Source: a bacterium (lineage in GTDB: Bacteria; Bacteroidota; Rhodothermia; Balneolales; M1805). From it: a DNA stretch of 64,000 nucleotides. Positions 7,934-17,250 of this stretch are shown one piece after another; the first letter of the stretch is position 1; each line of letters opens with the position of its first letter. Made by a program: the position numbers and the translations under genes. Location of the stretch: positions 21,484 through 85,483 of the forward strand of contig SBGQ01000167.1 of NCBI GenBank assembly GCA_006226965.1. Reading direction: 5' to 3'. A model generated the notes under the pieces. The model was not told where the DNA came from. It was given only the letters and a program-made list of their open reading frames with translations, and ran no database searches.

Positions 7934-8797
7934 ATGTTTAAAAAATTACAAGTGTTCATATTACTGTTTCTAATTGGTGTTACACAGGCGTATTCACAAA
8001 AAACGTACTCTGGTGATACTTGGAAAGATGTTAAAGAAAAGGGAGAGGGTAATATTGTATTAACCTATGTTGAAACACCGGCTTTTGTGTTCAAAGATGC
8101 AAATGGGAAATTACAAGGGATTTGCGTTGATATTGTAAACAGTTTTATCAGTTATGTTCAGAATAACTACAAAGTGAAGTTAAATGTGAAGTATGAAGGC
8201 GATGGTTCAAACTTCAAGAATTTTTATGAGTCAGTAAAAGGATCAAAAGGCGGCGTAATTGGTCTCGGGAATGTTACAATTAAAGAACAGCGCAGAAAAG
8301 AAGTTGCGTTTTCTCCGGCGTACATTAAAAGTATTGCACTATTAGTAACTCATTCAAGTGCACCCGATATTGCAGACCCGTCTGAAATGAGAACAAAATG
8401 GGCAGGATTTACGGCTTATGTTCCAAAGGGAACCACACATGAACAACGGATGATTTCTTTAAAAGAACGATATTTCCCGGAATTGAAAATTGAATATACA
8501 TCATCAAGTTTTGAGTCATTTGATAAAATGTTAGATGATAAAAAGGCAATTTGTTTTCAGGATATTGCTTTGTATTGGGATTACAAACAAAAAAGCAAAC
8601 CGGTAAAAACAGTTAATTACGAAAAAGATAGCGGTGAAGAATTAGCACTGATTATGCCGCTTGGCAGTGACTGGGAACCCTTGTTTGATGAATTTTTTAG
8701 TGTTGGTGCTGGTTTTAAATCCAGCACGATTTACAGAAGTAGTTTAATGAGGCATTTGGGTAAAGAAGTTGTCCAAATGCTTAAAATGGCTCAATAA
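7934..8797 (+). CDS. periplasmic solute-binding protein, family 3 (amino-acid-ABC-type SBP fold), orphan
   Basis: 287 aa with a signal peptide (LFLIGVTQAYSQ) and SBP_bac_3-like layout. No permease or ATPase gene nearby. Confidence 0.65.
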   Translation: MFKKLQVFILLFLIGVTQAYSQKTYSGDTWKDVKEKGEGNIVLTYVETPAFVFKDANGKLQGICVDIVNSFISYVQNNYKVKLNVKYEGDGSNFKNFYESVKGSKGGVIGLGNVTIKEQRRKEVAFSPAYIKSIALLVTHSSAPDIADPSEMRTKWAGFTAYVPKGTTHEQRMISLKERYFPELKIEYTSSSFESFDKMLDDKKAICFQDIALYWDYKQKSKPVKTVNYEKDSGEELALIMPLGSDWEPLFDEFFSVGAGFKSSTIYRSSLMRHLGKEVVQMLKMAQ

Positions 8798-9807
8798 GTT
8801 ATTAAGCCTTGATTTAATTTAGAAGTCAAGGCTTTTTTTTGTGGTTCGTCTATGAAAATGTGATTAATAGTTGATTCATTAACACACTTAAATTCTTCAA
8901 TTCCCCATCCGAAAACCTGCTGCATCTTGTAATATTCTAGCGATAAATCAATGCCGGTAATTGTTCTGGTGTCGGTGTTTATACCAACTGAAACTCCTTC
9001 AGAAAAAAAAGTGTTTATTGGGTGCGATGAATAGGTCGGGAAGACATCAATCTGAACATTCGTAGATGGGCAGACTTCTAAATGAATTCGATTATTAATT
9101 AATTTCTTTATTAAATCAGGGTTCTCAATTGATCTTACGCCGTGGCCGATTCGTTGAGCTTTTAAAACATCAAGGGTTTCAAGTACACTTTGTGCACCAA
9201 GTGCTTCGCCGGCATGTGCGGTAATTGGAATGTCTTTTTTGAAAGCTTGTTGAAACGCATCTTGGTGTTCTTGCAAATCAAACCCCGCTTCATCACCCGC
9301 AATATCAAATCCAACGACGCCCTTACCCATAAAATGTTCTACAAGTTCAAGTACCTCAAAACTCTCTTTTTTTGAAAAATGGCGAAGTGTACATAAGAGA
9401 AAGTTGGTTTGTATATCCCATTTTTTATTCCATTTTTGAGCTTCATCAGTAAGAATCTGTACAACTTCAAATGGTGTTAAACCTTTTTGTTGGTGTAAGT
9501 GAGGGGCAAAACGAATTTCAGCATAGAAAATAGAATCGTGTTTTAACTGTTTGAGTAAATCTTTAATGGAATGCCTTAGCTGTTGTTCAGTTTGCAAATA
9601 ATTAATTTGCGGAGTGGCATATGTAAGGAACTGAGCTAGTGTTTTAAACTTTGCTGGTCCGACAAAGCGCTCTTTAAATGCAGATTCAGTTAAATCAGGA
9701 ATGTAGGTTGATAGGAAATCAAAACTCAATGAACAGTCCAAATGAACATGAAGTTCTGTTTTTGGTAATAAGCGTATTTGTTCAATTGTTAACTTCTGAT
9801 TTTCCAT
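8791..9807 (-). CDS. add: adenosine deaminase
   Basis: Motifs ELHVHLD, HAGE, RIGHGV, CPSTN and NTDT. I chose the ATG at 9807 (MENQKL...). The track start at 9825 is a TTG. The 3' end overlaps the convergent SBP gene by 7 nt. Confidence 0.85.
   Translation of the reverse strand: MENQKLTIEQIRLLPKTELHVHLDCSLSFDFLSTYIPDLTESAFKERFVGPAKFKTLAQFLTYATPQINYLQTEQQLRHSIKDLLKQLKHDSIFYAEIRFAPHLHQQKGLTPFEVVQILTDEAQKWNKKWDIQTNFLLCTLRHFSKKESFEVLELVEHFMGKGVVGFDIAGDEAGFDLQEHQDAFQQAFKKDIPITAHAGEALGAQSVLETLDVLKAQRIGHGVRSIENPDLIKKLINNRIHLEVCPSTNVQIDVFPTYSSHPINTFFSEGVSVGINTDTRTITGIDLSLEYYKMQQVFGWGIEEFKCVNESTINHIFIDEPQKKALTSKLNQGLITY
8805..8840 (+). terminator. intrinsic terminator of the SBP gene, lying inside the 3' coding end of the convergent add gene
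   Basis: AGCCTTGA (8805-8812) pairs with TCAAGGCT (8826-8833), followed by a T-run to 8840. Confidence 0.6.
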
Positions 9808-9887
9808 AAAAAAGTATCCTCCCAAAAGGCAAAGGTAGTCTTTTTTAAGCTTTTATCATTCAAATGCTTTCGTGTAGGTTATATCAA

Positions 9888-9924
9888 AGAAAAAAGGTGT
9901 AACAGAATTACTGCTACACCTTTT
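9888..9924 (-). terminator. intrinsic terminator after the small OM barrel gene
   Basis: AGGTGTA (9895-9901) pairs with TACACCT (9915-9921). The A-run at 9888-9895 on the plus strand becomes a U-run after the hairpin on the minus-strand RNA. Confidence 0.6.
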
Positions 9925-9951
9925 ACAACTAGGCTATCTTAACTAATACTT

Positions 9952-10413
9952 TTAGAGGGAGATGCGAACTCCGGCATTAATTCCAAAAACGCCGCTGTAT
10001 CCAAGCATGTATCTGGCTTCGGCAAATGCTTTACCAAAACTTAAACCAAACTCACCACCGGCTCCTACATTGAGAATTCCACTTACACTTGCTGCTGCGT
10101 TATCGCCAAATGCTGCCATATAGGTAGTACCGACAATTCCATATGCAGCCATGTTTTCTTTATTCAAGAAAAAGTAATGAGCATTAGCAGTTATTTCGAT
10201 TAATGAGTAACCATCAACAAAATAGTAATGAATATCGCCGCCGCCCCGTGTGTTCTTATATAAATCATCAGTATTTCGGTAGAAGTTTACACCAATACCA
10301 ACATTATCTGCATAAACAAGTCCGCCGCCTAAAGTCCATTGTGCATTCGCATCAGTTGGGGTGAAGAAAAAAGCACAAGTTAAAAGAGATGCAAAGGTTA
10401 AAATTTTTTTCAT
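9952..10413 (-). CDS. small outer-membrane beta-barrel protein
   Basis: 153 aa with a signal peptide ending ANAQ. Alternating Gly/aromatic beta-strand pattern throughout. Confidence 0.6.
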   Translation of the reverse strand: MKKILTFASLLTCAFFFTPTDANAQWTLGGGLVYADNVGIGVNFYRNTDDLYKNTRGGGDIHYYFVDGYSLIEITANAHYFFLNKENMAAYGIVGTTYMAAFGDNAAASVSGILNVGAGGEFGLSFGKAFAEARYMLGYSGVFGINAGVRISL

Positions 10414-10560
10414 AGTAAATCTGCTCCAAGCAAAGTAAATGATTAAGTGATTGTACTTTCAGCATTTCATAAAGTGTGCCAACATTCAAATTGCTCATTA
10501 TTGCTAAAAAATGTCGATTTTAGAGCAGAATTAATCCATGTGTTTACAAAACCAAACAGT

Positions 10561-11658
10561 ATGAATTATCTTGAAAAACTGACACCTTGTTTTTTGTTTG
10601 ATGGAAATCAAACACGTGCGAATGCAATTAAAATGTTGGAATATGCTCATCGGCAGAAAGTAAGATTGAGACCTCATGTGAAAACTCATAAGTCTGTTGA
10701 AATTGCTTCATTTCAATGCGATACATCAAAATCGATAACAGTCTCTACCATCGCGGAACTTCTGTATTTCTATGATAAAGGATTTATTAATCAAACCTAT
10801 GCAGTTCCAATTACATCAGAAAAATTGCAGTTTATACTTGATAAAATCTCCATTACACACATTAATTTTATAACTGATAATGTGAATCATTTAGATGAGC
10901 TCATTCGGGTTGGTGAGAAAAATCAAACATCTATTAATCTATTTATTAAGGTTGATGTGGGCGCAGATAGAGCCGGATTGCAGGCTGATTCTAGTGATGT
11001 TCTTGTACTTGCAAAAATAATGGCTGAATCAACAGTAGTTAATTTCAAAGGACTTTTAACACATGCCGGACAATCTTATCACAGCTCTGAATTAAATGAG
11101 AAAAAAGAAATTGCTCTAAAAGAGGTAAATACCATTGTTCAACTCGCTGAAAAACTTGAAAAGCAAGGAATTCAAGTAAAAGAAAGAAGCATCGGTAGTA
11201 CGCCAACCATGAGTTTGGGAGTCGATTTAAACGGGATTACAGAGATTAGACCCGGAAATTATATTTGGTATGATGTATTTCAATATCAGCGGGGAAATTG
11301 CGAAATAGAAGAGATTGCCTGCTCTGTTTTAACGTCCGTAATCGGTGTTTATCCTGAGCGCGGCGTTATTTTAGTTGATGCGGGTGCATTGGCTTTATCA
11401 AAAGATGAAGGATTTTGGAGTGATGGAGTTCGTCGCTACGGACTTATAAAAAATCATCCAACGCTGCAACTCATTGGTATATCACAGGAACACGGCAAAA
11501 TAAAAGCAACCCAAGCCGAGTGTATGCAATTTAAAGTGGGCGATAAGTTGGAAGTTCTGCCTAATCATTCATGCTTAACAGCAGCTTGTTTTCATTCATA
11601 TTATGAAGTGTTAGGCGGTGAAGTGATTCAAGAAATTAATCCGGCTAAGTTTTGGTAA
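10561..11658 (+). CDS. D-serine dehydratase-like / D-threonine aldolase family PLP enzyme (alanine-racemase-fold N domain)
   Basis: RPHVKTHKS PLP-lysine motif typical of the DSD1/D-TA family. I chose the ATG at 10561 (MNYLEKL...). The track start at 10447 is a GTG with an implausible extension. Confidence 0.7.
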   Translation: MNYLEKLTPCFLFDGNQTRANAIKMLEYAHRQKVRLRPHVKTHKSVEIASFQCDTSKSITVSTIAELLYFYDKGFINQTYAVPITSEKLQFILDKISITHINFITDNVNHLDELIRVGEKNQTSINLFIKVDVGADRAGLQADSSDVLVLAKIMAESTVVNFKGLLTHAGQSYHSSELNEKKEIALKEVNTIVQLAEKLEKQGIQVKERSIGSTPTMSLGVDLNGITEIRPGNYIWYDVFQYQRGNCEIEEIACSVLTSVIGVYPERGVILVDAGALALSKDEGFWSDGVRRYGLIKNHPTLQLIGISQEHGKIKATQAECMQFKVGDKLEVLPNHSCLTAACFHSYYEVLGGEVIQEINPAKFW

Positions 11659-11714
11659 AATATCCCTATTTAGTGAGTTGAAAATCAGAATTACAAGGGC
11701 TACATTCTCGATCT

Positions 11715-14700
11715 ATGATTTTATTAAGGTTTAAACCATTGTTTTTAAAATATATATTCTTGTTTGTGGTTTTGGCGCTTCAATCGTTTTTTGCAGTTGC
11801 ACAACAAGTTAGATTTAATGTATTTACAACAGAAGACCGCTCTCATCCGCTGCCTAATTCAACTGTTTGGGATATTGATCAGGATACAAAAGGGCGAATG
11901 TGGTTCAGTATAATCGGCTCCGGATTGGTATTGTATGATGGTGTTGATTTTATTTCATTTGGCGAAGATGAAGGATACCCTGAATTATCTACAACATTGG
12001 CAATTGAGCGAGGATTTGATAATGATTTGTGGGTGTTTTCGTACGGACAAGTATATAGAGTAAGCTTGCCGGAATCTAATCTGTTAAAGGTTGATTCTCT
12101 TATTGTACAGAGTTCGATAACCGGGAAAAACGGGCAATTAGATTTGTACAAAGGGTTTACAATGGCAAATGGAGAAGAAGCGTTTGTTGTAGATACCGTT
12201 CGTAAACAAGTTTGGGTTGCAACAGCACAGGTTGGCTTAGTAAGATATTCAAAATTGGGAAGTGGATTTTGGACAGCTGATACATTACTGCCTTCTCAAT
12301 TAGATCCGAAAAGTAAACGAAACAGTGAAGATATTCGAGCAATTTGGCTTCGTAAAAATCAGGAGCTTATTGTTTCAACTGCATCAGGAGATTTATATTC
12401 ACTCAATCCGGATATAGCTTACTCAAGAGTAGAGCCGATTCAGGAAATTCCGCAACGTTTTGCAGCTCCATTTTTGGAAGAAGGAACGGCTTGGGTAAAT
12501 GCACTGTACGAAGATAGCCAAGAGCGTTTATGGGCAAGTTCTACAAATGGAATAGTATGGTTTTTAGAATCTCCGCTTAAAGATATTCAGCCTATTGATT
12601 TGCCCCTTATTGCAAAAAATCTGGCTCAGGTTGGTACCGCCATTCAGGAGATTAAAAGTGATGTAAACGGCAATGTTTGGCTAGGAACGGATGTAGGGCC
12701 GATTCGAGTAAGCCCGGATACAAAACAAATATACAAACCGGTGGGAGTTGATGGTTCCGCAACCCTGAGTTTGTATCTGGATAATCAAGGTTCACTTTGG
12801 GCGGGTTCCTATCAGGCGTTGTATCAATTTCCTCAAAATTATACTCAGTTTCAGTTTTTTGATTTAAAACCTTTGGGTTTAAGTTCTTCTGAGGTGTTGT
12901 CAATTAGCAGCGCAAAAACAAACCATGAGTTGTATTTGGGAACGTCGCAAGGTTTCATCAAAGCAGATTTAGATCAGCCGCAGGATTCATGGATTTTAGT
13001 TGATGAACGTGACGGATTAAGTTCGAATTCGGTATTTGATTCGTATGTAGATAAAAAAGGGAATGTGTGGCTGGCGACCCTGAGAGGGATTACGGTATTT
13101 GCGTCAAAACAAAATGATGAAGTACTTAAACGTCAGGTAAAAGAAATTAAAAAGACAAAATTGGGATGGTTAAAATCCATTAAAGCAAGAAGTACTTTTT
13201 TAGCCATTAAATCCATTCAAATAGGTGGTGAGGAGTTGTTATTGTTTCCGGGTTATAACGGAATGGGAATGATTTTCAGGAATTCATTTTATACGTTTTC
13301 TAATCCGGTAAACAAACAGGGTATTGCTTTTAACGATGTAATCGGCTTAGAGGGATATTGGTTGTTAGGCGCAGAAAATGGCGGTTTATATCGCTCCAGA
13401 ATAAAGTTGACTAAAGAACTCATAACTGAATTAACGCAATCGGCAAAGAAAAATGTGCATGGGTTCTTCGAAATACAACAAACGATTTTTGATGAATTAC
13501 CGCTTGAAAAACAGCTTCAGGGAGTGGCGATAAACGATTTTGAATGGTTTACAGATTCTTTGTTTTTAGCCAAAACAGATGCCGGACTTGCGGTGTTTGA
13601 TGCTGTTTCAATTCAAAATTCGCTTACAGATACGGTATTCGCAAAACAGCTAATCAATAAATCAAAAGGATTACCGATAGATTCATTTACGGCTCTAGAG
13701 TTTGATAAAGTGAATCAGGTGGTATATCTGTTTTCCAATAAAGGGATTGGAAAATACGATATCAAAAATGGGGTATTAATGGATTGGCACGATAGAACAG
13801 ATGGCTTGCATGATGAATTCACCTGGCGTAAATCCGGTGCCATGTTTAAAAACGGTAAGGCGTTTTCCGGTACAGGAAAAGGCTTAGTTGTTACAGAATT
13901 TCCCGAAAAAGAAAAGAAAGTTGAACCCAATATTGTTCTGTATGATTTTACATACAACGAAGATATGAACGGTAATAATCGGTTAGAGTTGGAATTGCGA
14001 AATCTGGATTATTCAACAGAATCCAAGCTTGATTATTGGTATAAAATTGAACCGTACACGCAAGATTGGATTCAATCGAATCGATACGATATAACATATA
14101 CCAATCTTCCGGCCTATTTTTTTGATAAAACCTATACGGTTTTAGTTGCCAATCAGAATTCTGGAAATCAGAAAATTTTAGTAAAAAAAGTATTTAGTGT
14201 TTCACCTGCATGGTATCAAACATGGTGGTTTGTTTTGCTTTTCTTGAGTGTGTTTTCGTTTACAATCGTTACGATTTACCGTAAAAAAATGGAGAAAATT
14301 CAAAAAGAAGAAAATGAATTGGCGGAGCGTAAGCAGTTTGAAACCGTTCAAAAAATTGGCTCAAGCATCGCTCACGATTTAAAGAATTCTATTTTTTCAC
14401 TGAGTTTGCTTTCATCCAATTTGGAAAAACGATTCGATAACCCAAGTTTTAGAAAAGATGCGATTGAGACCTTAGATAGTTCGCTTGAGCACATGAAATC
14501 TTTAGTAATGCGTTTGCAGCAAAAACAAGATAATTGGCAAATAGATAAACAGGCTAAAGATGTAAGCAAGACCATTGCAGATACTCTCAAAAGGATGCAA
14601 TTGGAGCAATTTGAGAAAATCGTAATTCACAAAAATATTAATGAATCTCTTCTCTTTGCACATGATGAACATGCGATTCAGCGCGTATTGGAAAACATCG

Positions 14701-14975
14701 TATTAAATGCTTTAGATGCGATGAACCACAAAGGAGAATTATCCATTCGAGCCTTTAAAACAGAATCGGGAATTCAGATTGATATTCAAGACTCAGGTAC
14801 TGGTATGAGTGCCGCTTTCATCAAAAACAAACTCTTTAAGCCATTTTTAACGACAAAAGAAAAAGGTATCGGTTTGGGATTATATACGTGTCGGGAAATT
14901 ATAAAAGCACATGGCGGACAAATTCAGGTTGAGTCGGAGCAAGGCGCAGGAACTACATTTTCCATTCTTCTCTAA
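11715..14975 (+). CDS. sensor histidine kinase with periplasmic beta-propeller/Y_Y_Y-type repeats
   Basis: 1086 aa. Signal peptide, long repeat region (GxVW/LW.GT motifs), one TM helix (WWFVLLFLSVFSFTIVTIY), H-box IAHDLKNS, and an HATPase domain (DSGTGM, GIGLGL). Confidence 0.85.
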   Translation: MILLRFKPLFLKYIFLFVVLALQSFFAVAQQVRFNVFTTEDRSHPLPNSTVWDIDQDTKGRMWFSIIGSGLVLYDGVDFISFGEDEGYPELSTTLAIERGFDNDLWVFSYGQVYRVSLPESNLLKVDSLIVQSSITGKNGQLDLYKGFTMANGEEAFVVDTVRKQVWVATAQVGLVRYSKLGSGFWTADTLLPSQLDPKSKRNSEDIRAIWLRKNQELIVSTASGDLYSLNPDIAYSRVEPIQEIPQRFAAPFLEEGTAWVNALYEDSQERLWASSTNGIVWFLESPLKDIQPIDLPLIAKNLAQVGTAIQEIKSDVNGNVWLGTDVGPIRVSPDTKQIYKPVGVDGSATLSLYLDNQGSLWAGSYQALYQFPQNYTQFQFFDLKPLGLSSSEVLSISSAKTNHELYLGTSQGFIKADLDQPQDSWILVDERDGLSSNSVFDSYVDKKGNVWLATLRGITVFASKQNDEVLKRQVKEIKKTKLGWLKSIKARSTFLAIKSIQIGGEELLLFPGYNGMGMIFRNSFYTFSNPVNKQGIAFNDVIGLEGYWLLGAENGGLYRSRIKLTKELITELTQSAKKNVHGFFEIQQTIFDELPLEKQLQGVAINDFEWFTDSLFLAKTDAGLAVFDAVSIQNSLTDTVFAKQLINKSKGLPIDSFTALEFDKVNQVVYLFSNKGIGKYDIKNGVLMDWHDRTDGLHDEFTWRKSGAMFKNGKAFSGTGKGLVVTEFPEKEKKVEPNIVLYDFTYNEDMNGNNRLELELRNLDYSTESKLDYWYKIEPYTQDWIQSNRYDITYTNLPAYFFDKTYTVLVANQNSGNQKILVKKVFSVSPAWYQTWWFVLLFLSVFSFTIVTIYRKKMEKIQKEENELAERKQFETVQKIGSSIAHDLKNSIFSLSLLSSNLEKRFDNPSFRKDAIETLDSSLEHMKSLVMRLQQKQDNWQIDKQAKDVSKTIADTLKRMQLEQFEKIVIHKNINESLLFAHDEHAIQRVLENIVLNALDAMNHKGELSIRAFKTESGIQIDIQDSGTGMSAAFIKNKLFKPFLTTKEKGIGLGLYTCREIIKAHGGQIQVESEQGAGTTFSILL

Positions 14976-14980
14976 AATTA

Positions 14981-15023
14981 TTGTTTGTTAATACAGACAA
15001 AAGTTGTTTGTAAATACAAACAC
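14981..15023. promoter_or_regulatory. two tandem 20-bp palindromic units, candidate activator binding sites (UAS)
   Basis: Unit 1 is TTGTTTGT-TAAT-ACAGACAA (14981-15000). Unit 2 is TTGTTTGT-AAAT-ACAAACAC (15004-15023). Each right arm matches the reverse complement of the left arm at 7 of 8 positions. The units start 23 bp apart. Confidence 0.4.
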
Positions 15024-15092
15024 AATAGTTACTTTGAGTTGTTCAATTTGATATAAGTGCCTATCTGGCATGATTTTAACTGATTTTATTAT

Positions 15093-15108
15093 TGGCATGG
15101 CTTTTGGG
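15093..15108 (+). promoter_or_regulatory. candidate sigma54 (-24/-12) promoter for the regulator gene
   Basis: TGGCATG-GCTT-TTGG compared with consensus TGGCACG-N4-TTGC. The spacing is correct and -12 reads GG instead of GC. It ends 38 nt before the ATG at 15147 and lies 70-110 bp downstream of the palindromes. Confidence 0.35.
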
Positions 15109-15146
15109 TACATCGATTACAATCTGATAGAAAGTAGATAGATAAA

Positions 15147-16541
15147 ATGGCAAGTATTCTCATCGTTGATGATGATAAGGGGATTCGGAAGCAACTGTTT
15201 TGGCATTTAACTGACGATTTTGACGTTAAAGAAGCCGATTCGTTAAAACAGGCAAAAGTATTATTAGAGCAACATTCAGTTGATATTGCCTTATTAGATA
15301 TGCACATGCCCGAAACGGAAGGTGAAATACCGGCCGGTCTGCAAATGCTCGATTACATAAGAAAAAATCATGCTTCGGTTTTATCTATAGTGATGACCGG
15401 AGATCGCGACCCATCGATATCACTTAAAGTTGTTGAATCGGGTGCTTGGGATGTATTTAATAAGCCGATTGATTTAAACGAACTTTCAGTAGTTCTAAAA
15501 AGAGCATTACGCGTTCGAGATTTAATGAATCAAAATGTAGCCTTAAAAATTTCTCCCTACCAAGATCCTGATATACAGATAGTTGGCGAAAGTTTGCCCG
15601 TTAAACAAGTTATTGAACTCATAAATCAGGTTTCATCAACTGATGCAACCATTCTGATCCAAGGTGAAAGCGGAACAGGAAAGGAATTAATCGCACAAGC
15701 CATACATCAAAAAAGCAAGAGAAAAAATAAACCGTTTATTGCGGTAAACTGTGCTGCTTTAACCGACACACTCGTTGAAGACGAATTATTTGGGCATGAT
15801 ACAGGAGCTTATACCGGCGCAAAAGGCGCTCGAAAAGGTAAGTTCGAACTGGCAGATAACGGAACCTTGTTTTTGGATGAAGTGGCTGAACTTTCAGCAA
15901 CGGCACAAGCCAAATTGTTACGGGTTTTGCAGGAAGGTACTTTGGAGCGATTAGGAAGCGAAAAAACTGTGAAAGTTAACGTACGAGTAATCGCAGCAAC
16001 GCATCAAGATTTAAAAGAGCGTGTTAAAGAAGGCGAATTTCGTGAAGATTTGTACTATCGCTTACATGTAATTCCTATTCATGCACCTGCTTTGCGTGAA
16101 CGAACAAACGATATTGCTACACTGGCTAATCATTTTCTTTCTATCTATCGGCAAAAATTGGGAAGAGGTCCGATAGGTTTTACTGAGTCAGCGTTGCAGC
16201 GCATGGCAGCTTACCCTTGGCCGGGAAATGTGAGAGAATTAAAAAATATAATTGAACGTTTGATGATTTTAGTCTCTGACGCAACGATAGATGTCGAACA
16301 TTTGCCGGTGGAAATTAGGTCTGTAAAAGATAAAGTTGCAGAATTTATATTTCCTGAAGGATTTGATTACGATAGCACGGATATGATTTCTTATGAAGAG
16401 CAAGTAAATGCATTTCGCAAGAAATTGTTGGAACATACCTTGCAAAAAAGCCGATCAAAATCAGAAGCGGCACAACGTTTAGGTATTAACAGGAGTTATC
16501 TATATGAGCTCATGGATAAACTGGGCATCTCTACAGAGTAA
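15147..16541 (+). CDS. sigma54-dependent response regulator (NtrC/Fis family)
   Basis: REC domain (DIALLDMHMP), AAA+ domain with GESGTGKE, sigma54-contact loop GAYTGA, and a C-terminal Fis-type HTH. Confidence 0.9.
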   Translation: MASILIVDDDKGIRKQLFWHLTDDFDVKEADSLKQAKVLLEQHSVDIALLDMHMPETEGEIPAGLQMLDYIRKNHASVLSIVMTGDRDPSISLKVVESGAWDVFNKPIDLNELSVVLKRALRVRDLMNQNVALKISPYQDPDIQIVGESLPVKQVIELINQVSSTDATILIQGESGTGKELIAQAIHQKSKRKNKPFIAVNCAALTDTLVEDELFGHDTGAYTGAKGARKGKFELADNGTLFLDEVAELSATAQAKLLRVLQEGTLERLGSEKTVKVNVRVIAATHQDLKERVKEGEFREDLYYRLHVIPIHAPALRERTNDIATLANHFLSIYRQKLGRGPIGFTESALQRMAAYPWPGNVRELKNIIERLMILVSDATIDVEHLPVEIRSVKDKVAEFIFPEGFDYDSTDMISYEEQVNAFRKKLLEHTLQKSRSKSEAAQRLGINRSYLYELMDKLGISTE

Positions 16542-16548
16542 TACTGTG

Positions 16549-16557
16549 TTATAATGT
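16549..16557 (+). promoter_or_regulatory. candidate extended -10 promoter (TGtTATAAT) for the lipoprotein cluster
   Basis: TGTTATAAT at 16549-16557, about 130 nt before the ATG at 16687. No good -35 element. Confidence 0.3.
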
Positions 16558-16686
16558 GGAACCCAATATTAAATTTACTGTAATAGACAATCAGACTTAA
16601 AAATCCGTTTCCTCTTGATGTAAGATTCATTATCATACATTAACTCGGTAAACAAAGAACTTACCTTTAACTAAACCACAAAAGCT

Positions 16687-17250
16687 ATGAAATACACACG
16701 CTTTTCTTTATTGATAGTTGTTGCACTTATTGTTGCAGCATGCGGTGGAGGATCCGAAAAAACACAAAAACAATTGGATAGAACTCCATCTTGGTACAAT
16801 AGTCCTCCATCTGATAATGGTGAATATTTATACGCTACCGCTTCAGGAAAATCAACCAGAAGAGAGACAGCTCGTCAAAAAGCTATCGGTAACGCATCAG
16901 CTGAAATGGCAAGAAAATTAAGCGTGAAAGTTGAAGCACTTCAAAAGATTTTCACAGAAGAGATTACATCAGGAACTCAAACTAACTACGACGAAGCATT
17001 TACAAACGCTTCTAAAACTATCGCAAGCGAACAATTAAAAGGTTTAGCAACAGATAAAGTTGAGTTTTCTTCTGCTGATAACGGTACTCAAATTGAATGC
17101 TTTGTTTTAGTAAAATTACCTGTTGGTGATGCACGCGCTTCTTTGGAAAACGCATTATCTCGCGATAAAGAGTTGTATGTGAAATTCAAAGAGTCTAAAG
17201 CTTTCCAAGAATTACAAGACGATATTTCACGCCTTGGTAAAGACAACTAA
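16687..17250 (+). CDS. LPP20-like lipoprotein
   Basis: 187 aa. Lipobox VAACGG, then PSWYNSPP and an Ala-rich helix (ARQKAIGNASAEMARKL), as in the LPP20/FlgP family. Confidence 0.6.
   Translation: MKYTRFSLLIVVALIVAACGGGSEKTQKQLDRTPSWYNSPPSDNGEYLYATASGKSTRRETARQKAIGNASAEMARKLSVKVEALQKIFTEEITSGTQTNYDEAFTNASKTIASEQLKGLATDKVEFSSADNGTQIECFVLVKLPVGDARASLENALSRDKELYVKFKESKAFQELQDDISRLGKDN

Noticed and set aside
15066-15081. First TGGCATG motif as a sigma54 promoter.
   Set aside because: The -12 position reads TAAC, with no GC or GG. Only the second copy at 15093-15108 has acceptable -24/-12 geometry.
16542-16686. Sigma54 promoter in front of the LPP20 lipoprotein cluster (TGGAACCCAATATTAAA).
   Set aside because: GG is present, but the -12 region is ATTA with no GC. 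An extended -10 sigma70-type element fits better.
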